Position numbers and translations under genes: made by a program. From the NCBI RefSeq assembly GCF_006345805.1, contig NC_043007.1:61752001-61816000 (forward strand): a stretch of 64,000 bases of DNA. Reading direction: 5' to 3'. Shown piece by piece: positions 24,102-34,660 of the stretch (the first letter of the stretch is position 1; every line of letters begins with the position of its first letter). A model generated the notes under the pieces. That model was not told the DNA's origin and ran no database searches. It worked only from the letters and a program-made list of their open reading frames with translations. Origin of the DNA: Octopus sinensis (taxonomy: Eukaryota).

Positions 24102-26409
24102 TATATATACATACATACATGCATGCATTCCTCCATCCATACATACACACATACTGGGACTATAAAAATCTGCAAGACCTTCTTAAAATTTAAAGGATGA
24201 TGGTTAAATAATGACACATTCCTTCGCAACCTTGCTACCAAGTTGGTAGGCGGTCAAAATTTATTGTTTTGTTAAAGAGCGAAAAAGACATTCATACATA
24301 CATTTCTAAGGTTTCTGCAACTCTGGACCATTCAGTAATGCCTGATTATTGCTGAGAAAGTGTCACGCGTTCGATCCTTACTGTCCTTGGTCTTCAGTGT
24401 CCTCATACGCATGGCTCAACTGTGTTGGGACGATGGAAGGGATGGTTGTCTTATAGCAGAGATACTAATGCTGTTGCTGTAGTTCCCCTTCACCTTCCCT
24501 CAGCCATCGATGGTCATCGAGCGGGATTTATCTCTTGGAATTCGAACTCAGAATAAAGAGAGCTGGAATGGAAACTGCATGGGAATCTTGTTTGACAGTC
24601 TGACAATTCCGTCTGTCCATCCCCACTGACTACTAATTTATCGAAAGTACAAAAGGCAAGATGGAACCCTGCAAGATTACAATACAGAGCACAGAGAATT
24701 GGAACGAATACTACCAGATATACCTGACGCCCTAGCGACTCTGCCACTTCTGACAAATAGATGAATTAATGGTGGGGGGTGGGGCATAAACATTTCACTT
24801 TATTTTTTATTTATGGAAAAAATATAATGAATGTTTTATTTAATTAATTCAAAGGCTCTGGATGACATAGTTGGTAGAGTGTCGGAGAAATTGTAATTTA
24901 GTATTTAGTTACGCCCAGTAACATATTCAATAATTTGAAATTCGTATCAATAATTATGATGTTTTGGTGGTAAATTGTATAACAGAATAGCTATATAAAT
25001 TTATTTCCCTATTATGAGTTAATTAGTGGTGGGGATTGTTTTTAAAATGTTGCTCAAATCAAATATTTCCCTTCCAGTTTTCCAAATTTCGCTGCATACG
25101 TATCTTGAAATATAAACTTCATAGTATTCCATACAGAGTTGTTCCCCTTTAAGGAAATATCCAACAGCATTTTGTATAGGTGAAGAGGCGAAAATATAAG
25201 TTCTTAGTCAAGTCTGGAGACTAATTCAATCGGCAATACTCACTTACCAAATTTAAGCCGCGTGCATTATCTAATGAATATTTTATCTTAAAAAAATATA
25301 AACAAAGTGAAAAGAAAAATACAAAAAAAAAAAAAAACTTTGCCTTCTAAGGGAAATAACTTAAAATATTAAATGGAGTTTATTTCCCCTTGCATAACGC
25401 AATTTTATATACAATGGAAATCAATATTTCAAAAGTATGAGTCTAAAGAGAATTAAATCCTAATAAATAACTTTTAGAAAACAGGAAATATATCGTTCTT
25501 ACCATTCTTTATGAATTATAATTGGTAGGACCCATCATTTTTTATAATTCTAATAACAGCGAAATGCTTGTTATGACGTCTAAGCTAACTATTCATCGTG
25601 CACGATGTGCGAACGCAGCACAATAATAAATTTCCTTGGAGTTATAAAGAAATGCACAAGCATAAGCGTAGTGTTTTGTAATAATCAAATTATAACCTTG
25701 CTTCATTTACAATAATTTCTGTTATTTTCAACTGTAGCCTAGATTTGTTAACTTTAAAAATATCGTCCCTCCTCTATTGTGGCGTAATTGTCAACTGGAA
25801 AACGTAATGCATAATCTGCTATTTGCTTTGATTTCTTATCCATTGCAAGATTTTTTTCTATTTTCCTCTAAATTTTATGCATAGTAGTTCTTCTGCAAAT
25901 GTTACTTATAACAGATTGGTGTCGTAGTGAAGAAAAAAGTTAACTCTTATGACAAAGATTATCTATAGTTTGGAATAGCTTTCCACGATGTCACGATACA
26001 GATAGTAATTTATTATGTTATACATAGTTCTAGACCAGGGGTTCGAGTGACCGCCTAGGGGTCGGCGAGGAACTACAGGGGGTCGATTATAGCCAAGGGG
26101 TCAAATGGGGGTCGGCGTGCGAAAGACCAGCTCACCCAGATGAACTGTTTGAAATACTTAGCACCATGAAACGTGGGAAAACATAATGCATTTTTCACAT
26201 TTTCTAACCGTGCAAACAATTTCATAAAAAATTAAAGCTTAATACTGTATACTCGTACACGTAGTTTTAATTGTAAAAAGTTTGTAATCTTCTATAGAAT
26301 TTCTTTATTTGTCGTACATTTATATTTTAGCTAACATTTTAATTGCCAGCATCAGTACCTGGTACGCATTTAAGATATGGTACGGTACGGTAGAGTATTA
26401 AGATATTTT

Positions 26410-26683
26410 AAATGGTTCGTTCAACATCCTTAAACAATCCTTATTCAGGGACCTTTTGAGCGGGTTGAGCTACTCGACCAGAAGAAAATTCTAACTGGAC
26501 CCCCACCTGCAAGATCATGCGCTGTTTATCTTGATATGAGATCACCATGTCGCGCACATATGGTTGTGATGCATGTGCCAGGTGTACCTTATCAGACGGG
26601 TAGTCATGATGAGTATACTGGGCTTTGTATATTTTACCCCAGTGTCACTTTGATGGCATGCACTGCTCTCTTACTCAATAATA

Positions 26684-26719
<36 letters not shown>

Positions 26720-26744
26720 ATGGTGGTGGTAGTGGTGGTGGTGG

Positions 26745-26784
<40 letters not shown>

Positions 26785-27355
26785 AAATGCCCAGATGCAA
26801 TACCAGACAGTGGCTCTCATGGCTCCCGATCTTAACTGATTGGAGGTGTTATCATGTACATTGTTTTGTCTTGGTATAAAAGATGGGCTACAGAAATATT
26901 CTGCTCAATACCACAGATTTGCTTGTCAGTTATTTGACCGTAACCAGTTGAACTTGTCCCTTAGTGCCTGACGATATGTGCATCTCTGATCACGAGCAAA
27001 AGTAGTGGGGGAGCATCATAGCCGTATGTTGAAAGGAATTCTTAGAGGTTTGAATAATTCACCTTTGGAAACATGATTGGTTCGTTCAACATCCTTAAAC
27101 AATCCTTATTTAGGGAGCTTTTGAGCGGGATGGGCTACTCGACCAGAAGAAAATTCTAACTGGGCTGCACCTGCAAGGTCATGCGCTGTTTATCTTGATA
27201 TGAGACCACCATCTCGCGTATATATGGTTGTGATGCATGTGCCTAGTGTACCCTTATCAGACGGGTAGTCATAATGAGTATACTGGGCTTCGTATATTTT
27301 ACCCCAGTGTCACTTTGATGGCATGCACTGTTCTCTCACTCAATAATAATAATAA
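26410..27355 (+). mobile_element. Two adjacent 3' ends of one retroelement family (26410-26700 short, ~26785-27355 longer)
   Basis: The ~280-bp block tggttcgttcaacatccttaaacaatcc...ggcatgcactg..ctcaataataat occurs twice, each ending in an (AAT/GAT)n tail. Confidence 0.7.
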
Positions 27356-27629
27356 TGACATCGGCAAAAAAAAAAAACGAACGAGAACCCAGGGTTGGGT
27401 TCAAAATTCTACCAGGACACCTGATGAAGACAGGAGAGTAAATCAGCCGAAACGTTGTGGTAACAACAGACGAGGACACATATCCGTCCAATGTAAATAA
27501 TGTATAGTTATGGTTATTTACATTATCCTACTTCTGTTTACAATAAAGAATTCTCACTAACTCAATTTTATTACAATGCTAGGCATTATATGAACTTAAT
27601 CTAATATATTTTAAAAACTGTTCTTGTAG

Positions 27630-28232
27630 CCTTATGAAGATTTAAGCTGTTATCCTGAAAGAGATAAAAGTAAGTGCGAACGGAATTATCAGTATTCATG
27701 GAAGGATAGAAAATACGACTTTGACCTTTGGAAAAATTCACTAACCAAACTCAACGAATCTGCCCATGTGACAGAATCAACTACAAGCGATGAACTACAT
27801 CAGAAAGAAATAAAAGAAAAAGAAATTGAGTCTTGGAAAGCTAAAATCGTTGTATCAAACACACGAGAGAAGTTTCACCGTGTACTCCCAAATACAGAAC
27901 TTTTAGAGAAAGGCCCGGAGGCTTCCTGTCAACTCGAGCGCTTGAAAGGTTTGCTTAAGGATGAACCCGAAAAGTTAGCATACGCCATCTATCCATTACA
28001 CCAGATGTCCGCATTGGGAGTTGTGAATTATCCTGAATTAGACTGTGAATTCAATGCCTCAAACGAAAATCCTTCCTATTCAACTTACCATCCTCAATAT
28101 GAAAGAAATAATGCATTTGTACCTGGTCCACTATGGCCAAAACATAGTTTGATAAAGTATGGTAACCAAACTCCATTGTCTAACTACGCACATGACAAGC
28201 ACTTAAAACAAAAAGGGAAAAGATTCATGTAA
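27630..28232 (+). CDS. CFAP92: CFAP92-like last large coding exon (603 nt, phase 0, TAA at 28230-28232)
   Basis: Acceptor ctgttcttgtag; open frame PYEDLSCYPERDK...YSWKDRKYDFDLWK...EIESWKAKIVVSNTREKFHRVLPNTEL..GPEASCQLERLKGLLKDEP matches the recalled CFAP92-like C-terminal blocks. Confidence 0.8.
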   Translation, partial: PYEDLSCYPERDKSKCERNYQYSWKDRKYDFDLWKNSLTKLNESAHVTESTTSDELHQKEIKEKEIESWKAKIVVSNTREKFHRVLPNTELLEKGPEASCQLERLKGLLKDEPEKLAYAIYPLHQMSALGVVNYPELDCEFNASNENPSYSTYHPQYERNNAFVPGPLWPKHSLIKYGNQTPLSNYAHDKHLKQKGKRFM

Positions 28233-28249
28233 GTGATATAATTTTGGTA

Positions 28250-28259
28250 CATACATACA

Positions 28260-28295
<36 letters not shown>

Positions 28296-28365
28296 CACAT
28301 ACATACATACATACATACATACATACATACATACATACATACATACATACATACATACATACATA
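28250..28365. repeat. (CATA)n microsatellite
   Basis: Directly visible. Confidence 0.95.
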
Positions 28366-28659
28366 ATGGCTGTCCACTTGTGACTGAAGAAAACCATCGC
28401 TGACTATTGAGAACATTGTGCATTCAGAGAGAATTATACTTTACACTTTCAGCTCTGTTGGTGATTAACGAGTCCAGCTCTTGATAAACACAAACATCCT
28501 CAGACACTGCAGGTTAAACTTTCCCTACTCACTATAACGGCGGTACGTTTTCGAACAGCTCACTGAAATATAGCATGAAAATGGCGGGTTTTTTTGCTTG
28601 TTTTTTTTTTTAAGTATCCATTCCTTCCTTTACTTGTTTCCTCTATTAGTGACGATGAC

Positions 28660-29852
28660 AAGCATTGGTTTCCCAATTGACATTCCATGTCTCTTATGCC
28701 TTCAACAAAGACTTTACATAATCCTTCAAACGTAGACATGGTTCCTGCCGAGTTGTACTTTTCACAAACAAGTTCGCCTTATAGCATCCAGACCAATGTA
28801 AACGGTACTTGTACACCATTGTCCCAATACTAATGTTGTCGGCTCCCCACCGGACCTCTGACTAGAGTACGCAAGGATCACTCAACATTCAGAATGTGTC
28901 TCAGATATCTCTGTTGGAAGTGTTCAAGGACATTTACATGATCCTTGAAAGGCTCCATGTGTCACATAAGTAAAGAAGCGATGTCAGCACTCATGCACGG
29001 TACATAGCTACATTTCTTCGCCTTGTGCTGCTATGTCGGGACTAGACACTAGATTTAGGAACCCTGAAGGAATCTTGTCTTCTGAAGCCTTAAAGATATT
29101 TCATGATCCAAGGAACAAGAACGGCTGAGTGTGTTGCCCAAGCAGACTTGTCTACCATTTTTAGTACTATTCCTTCAACTAAGATAGTAGTGGGGGTCTC
29201 ATGTATGGGTTTCCTGGCGCAGGCCGAAACGACAGTCTTTATCCAAGTTAATGCTGAGTCCAAATATCTTGCAAGATGCAGAGATATGATCATGTGAATT
29301 TGCATGGCTTCAGCTGTTTGAGCGATTAAGTACCAATCATCCGTATAAAGGAGGTCACGAATAAGAGACTGAAAAACTTTTGAATTAGCAGTAAATCGAC
29401 AGAAGTTGAAGAGATGACCACAAGTTCAGTACTTCATATATTTCCCAGAAGAGCAATCCACAACGAAATAGCATGAGTTAGAGTGGCAGCAAAATACAAG
29501 GTAACGTGAGTTGAAACAAGGTTGTCACTTTGCTTGATACTATTCTCTTCAAGGTTGAGTCTCACCATGCCACCACAAACATTGACCTATGCTTCTGTTC
29601 CGTCACGAAATGATTTAATTATCGCAACAAAGTGACTCAAATAACCAAGTTTGTCGAGTATTTTCTACAAGGGGTGCCCTATCCACAGTATGGAACGCTT
29701 TGGTTAAATCAATGAAAACCTGGACGAGATGCATACTCTCCTGCATTTATCTTGCTGTGAAAATCATATCCATTGTTCCTCTACCAGATCGAAAGCCACA
29801 TCGAAATTCTGAGAGGACGTCATTTGCAAGGGTATTTATTCAGGCGAGTATG
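28660..29852 (-). mobile_element. Decayed RTE/BovB-type LINE RT region, downstream part
   Basis: The - strand reads LANDVLSEFRCGFRSGRGTMDMI, KAF.TVDR and a degenerate (F/Y)ADD region, with many stops and frameshifts. Confidence 0.75.
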
Positions 29853-32800
29853 TTAGTTAGTTAAGCTAGTTAATTTTTTGGCTCAAAAAGCACAAAAGCA
29901 AGGCCATGTAGGGGGACATGGAGTTATGTACAGGGTGGTGTTCATGTAAAGAGTTCAGGCCACTTGTGGTCAAGGGAGACTTTGAACCGAGCGGTCGTCG
30001 GCATCTTCACCATTTCGTCCGGCAGCTTATTCCACGGATCCGCAACCCGGACGGAGAAAGCCCCTCTCCTTCGATTGAGATGAAATCGTCGCAGATAGAG
30101 CTTTTCGGAATGACCCCGCAGCCGACGCTCTGGAGCAGGAGTGAAGAACAGCTCTTTCGAGAGGTTACACTTTCCTCTTATGATGTTGTGAACAAGAATG
30201 AGATCACCACGGCGTCGTCGTTTTTCTAGAGAATAAAGGTCGAGCGTCTTCAGCCTTTCTTCATAAGACAAATTCTTGAGACCAAGAACCATGCGGGTAG
30301 CCAGCTTCTGGACTCTTTCGAGATGCTGTATGTCTTTGAGGAGATAAGGAGAAGAGGCTTGAATCCCGTACTCCAATATGGGTCTCACCAGCGTGACAAA
30401 GAGCGGTAGGAATATGGCTGCTGTAAGCATTCCGAATGACCGTCGAATCAAGAACAGAACTCCGCGTGCTTTGTTGGCAGCATGGACGGACTGGGCCGAA
30501 GGCGAAAAGGAGGAATCCACCAAGATACCCATGTCCTTTACCTGATCGGTCCTCTCCAGCAGCAGACTCGAAATCAAGTTGAGTTGCAGGAGGAGAGCCA
30601 ACAGGCAGATGACAGCACTTTGACACGTTCAGACACAGGTCCCATTCGTTAGACCATCTTCAAATTTGGTGGAGGCATCGACGAAGATCCTCTATATCAC
30701 CGCGAGGAGCGACCGGTTTGACATCTTCGGCAAATAGAAGGGTGTGTTGCGTGAGGTCGTCGGGCAAGTCATTTATGAAGACTAAGAACAATAAGGGCCC
30801 AAGCACTGAACCTTGAGGCACGCCACTGCTCGCACTGGAGACGTCGGACCGCGAACCATTAACTTGGACTTGGAAGGAGCGATCTGAGAGGAAGGCACCA
30901 ACCCATCGTACAATATCTGGATGGAAACTATATGCTTGAAGCTTGACAAGTAATAGGTGGTGGTTTACCGAGTCAAAAGCTTTGGCAAAGTCCAATAAAA
31001 CGATGTCAACAGCATCACTATCATCGAGGATGCGCGTCACCAATTCTTCCATTACCAGTAAGTTGGTCAAGCATGATCTCTTCGGCACGAAGCCGTGTTG
31101 GGAATCAGAGATAGAGGCTGTGTTTTGGAGGTGGAGCATCATACTTTTCTTAAGGATGGTTTCGAACATCTTGCTGATTATTGATGTAAGGGAAACCGGT
31201 CTGTAGTTAAGCGGGTCTTCGCGGCACCCTTTCTTGAAAATTGGGCAGATTATCGCTGTTCTCCAGTCCGCAGGTATAACAGCCGTCGCCAATGACATAT
31301 TGAATAGACGTGTTAAGGGCTCGCAGATGAACGGAGCCAAAGCTTTGATAACCCGTGGGTGTATGCCGTCAGGGCCGTGACCCTTGTTGACATCGAGACC
31401 TTGAATAACGCGTTCGACTTCGTCCCGCGTGATGACCAATCGAAGCATTGGAGGTACCGATCTATCAAATGGAGGGGGTTCGCGACCATCATCTTGTTTG
31501 AAAATAGTTGAAAAAGCCTCGGCAAATAATTGACTCTGTTGATAAGGGTCCTCAATCGATACGCCTGTTGAGTCTACCAACGTTGTAAATTGGTTGTTCA
31601 AGCGGGAATTCCGTTGGACATGGGCAAAGAAGGCTTTTGGATTGCTGCTGGCGTTTGCCGCGATTCTGTATTCATATCTGAAGCGTTCTTCCTTTTCAAT
31701 TTTCACGGCTCGGTCTCGTTGAGTTTTGTACACCTCAAAAGCTGCAGTCGAATCCAGATTTTTGAATTCAGCCCAAGCAATATCTCTGAGTCGAAGTTCT
31801 CGTTTAACCTTCTTCGTCACCCAGGGCTTGTGTTTCTTCTTCTTGGGAAGCCCGACAGGAACTGCTTGGTCAGTCAACCAGATTACATATGCTTTGAGGG
31901 ACGACCATAGTTCGTCAACTGAGGACAACGTCATCAAGGATCGCCAGTCCAGAAGCGCGGAAGCCTTGGTTAGAATTTCAAGATTAATTGCAGAGAAGAC
32001 TCTACGTGGCAGCGAAGTAATCGTGGGCGTAGAAAATGTGGTATGCATGACGAACTTCAGGACCGCATGATCACTCTTGGCAAGAGGGGCGCACACAGAT
32101 ACGTCTGACACTGATCTTGGATAGCGGGAAAATACCAGATCCAGCATAGATGGCTGCTGCCCAGACTGATGCCTTGTCGGATATTCGACATGTTGCGATA
32201 GAAAACAATCTTCAGCCACGTCAAGAAGGGCCTGGCCGAACCGGGAAGATGATGTACAAATTGATGCGGGCCAATCGATCGTGGGAGCGTTGAAGTCTCC
32301 TAATATCAAACAGTCATGAGAAGCTGAAACGAATCTTATCGCTTCGAGTAAATGAGCATCGTCCTGGGTGTCGGCAAGAGGCGGCCTGTAGACAGCTAAC
32401 ACGGGCAGGCAAAACCCGGATAGGCTCAGCTTGCAATAGACGGCATCGAATTTTGTTGTAGGTTGAGCATTAGTGGGTAGAATACCGCTGGACGGTTTGA
32501 GATCAGATTTAACATACACAGCAACACCTCCACCTCGTCTTTTTTCTCTGTCACATCTGAAGAGGGCGTAGCCCTGTAGGTGGATTTCCGAGTCCTTTAC
32601 TGCTGGAGTTAGCCAAGTCTCGGTGATCGCTATCACATCGGGGGAATCACGCATGGCCAGTGTAAATAGTTCGCTGAACTTTGGAAATAAGGAGCACGAG
32701 TTGGTATAGACGATGCTGAGCTGTGAATTTTGAGGAGCGGGAATTGGGGAACAAGCAGAATAAGGGGTATCAGAGATATCATCGTTGACGGAGGTATCTA

Positions 32801-32936
32801 CTTTACTTCGATTCGCCCTCGATTCACTTTCCCTGTCAGCACTACAGCATGCGACCAGAGGTAGGACTTGATTATTTGTCCATCTTGGATGCGTAAACCC
32901 TTCTCTCCCATCTGTTTTCTCATCTTCAGTTCGGAT
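29853..32936 (-). mobile_element. CR1-group LINE, 5'-truncated; ORF2 (APE endonuclease + RT) with one nonsense codon and one frameshift
   Basis: ORFs 30660..33005 and 29942..30601: YTNSCSL, AITETWLT, LGDFNAP, SDH, GPDGIHPR, NYRPVSLTS, DFAKAFDSV, GVPQGSVLGP, LFAEDVK. TGA at 30660-30662 where W is expected; ~90-bp 3' UTR with (TAAC)n tail; TSD GAGTATG. Confidence 0.93.
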
Positions 32937-33190
32937 GAGTATGAAAGATACTTGACAGAACCTTGCCAGCTGCCGACAGTACAGCAATACCTCCTTGATG
33001 ACCACTCTTTATTTCGATTCCCTTTCCTTTATCGAGAAGGGGGATAATTGCATTCTTGCAGTCTTTGGGGACAGCACCATCCCTCCAGACTACACCAATA
33101 GGCTCATGAAGTTTCAGTGTGATACGGCCACCACCGAAGCGCAAAACTTCGGAACAGTTCTGTCTTTACCGATTGCTGTACCAAGATTCA
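32937..33190 (-). mobile_element. Upstream part of the RTE interrupted by the CR1 insertion
   Basis: ORF 32926..33144 reads GGGRITLKLHEPIGVVWRDGAVPKDCKNAIIPL..KG...GIAVLSAAGKVLSSI, the RTE segment immediately before RILLNRL. Confidence 0.8.
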
Positions 33191-33215
33191 ACTTACTTGT
33201 TTCAATAAGTCGAGC

Positions 33216-33272
33216 ATACATACATACATACATACATACATACATACATACATACATACATACATACATACA

Positions 33273-33305
<33 letters not shown>

Positions 33306-33475
33306 GCATACATGCATGTATAAATGAATGAATGAATGAATGATAATTGCCTCATCTTGTCAGAGGATAACCATCCCACGTAATGAATAGTGATTGGAGG
33401 TAAGTAACAAAAGCTTGTACTTGTCGCCTTAGTAGTTTCCAGTGACAAGAATTGCAAGATGACTGGTGCTATTTT

Positions 33476-33526
<51 letters not shown>

Positions 33527-33537
33527 ATACACACACA

Positions 33538-33568
<31 letters not shown>

Positions 33569-33570
33569 AT
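33216..33570. repeat. (CATA)n and (CA)n microsatellites
   Basis: Directly visible at 33216-33320 and 33475-33570. Confidence 0.9.
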
Positions 33571-34660
33571 ATAACGCTTTTTTACTTTTTATCACAACAG
33601 GACTATGGAGAGAATCAACCCGCCCTTTTCGACGTCTAGACCAGTGACTACAACCCTTGATACGAAAGAACAAAAGCGCGAGAATAAGACTTTAAAGAAG
33701 TCCAACACTCTTCCTCCGCAAACAACAATTTGACTGTCACGAGTTGAAACATTTTGAAAATAATTTTCGAAATGTTTCTTTTTTCGTTATCTATAAAATT
33801 TAGTTATATTATGTAAAAAAAAAATACTTACTAGTTTCGTTAAATATTAACTAAAGCACGATATCAAATTCTGAACGCTTGGTCCGAAATAAAAATAGCA
33901 ATCATGTTTTATTTACTTAAATAATCACGTTTTAATAAAGTATTGTAAGTAATACATTTCTACAAATTTTTCCTAAATTTTTTACTTTTAAAAGTCTTAA
34001 CTTTCCATGTGAAATACATCAGTAATATCATCACTTGATTTCCAGTGACTACACAGTCAAAATACTGAATGCCACTGAGATAAAGATTCAAGTCGATCGG
34101 AATTGATTTCCTATAAAATAAATCGCAATGATCCTAGACAGTCCATGGATCAGATGTAAATAGTTAACTATTATATAACCTGAGCCATGTTAGAACTGAT
34201 CATCATGATTACAGACGCAACACAGTGCAAGTAATGGAATACGAACATCTTTTACTCTATCAACTCCATTACCGATGTACATGGTAAAGTTATGAAAGTT
34301 TTACCAAGGCTTTCTTTCTCCGTTGAGAGAGAATATGAAGGGAGAAAGGGTTGAGAGGGGGAGAGAAAGAGAATAAAAATAGAGTTGTCCTTTACTCTCT
34401 GACTTATTTTATTCTTTTACTTGTCCCCGTCATTTGACTGCGGTCATTCTGGGGCACTGCCATGAAAGGTTTTTGTCGATCTGCACTTATTTCTTTTAAG
34501 TATGGTACTCATTTTGTAGGACACTTTTGTCGAACCGCTATGCACGATAATGTGAACAAACCAACACCGCTTGTCAAGCAGTAGACACACACACAAACAC
34601 ATACGCACGTATATATATATATTTCATTTCATTTCATTTCATTTGAGTTTGAGTCCATGC

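Noticed and set aside
26536-26835. 99-aa ORF with poly-Asp/Gly tract
   Set aside because: It is the (GAT)n/(GGT)n tail between two retroelement ends.
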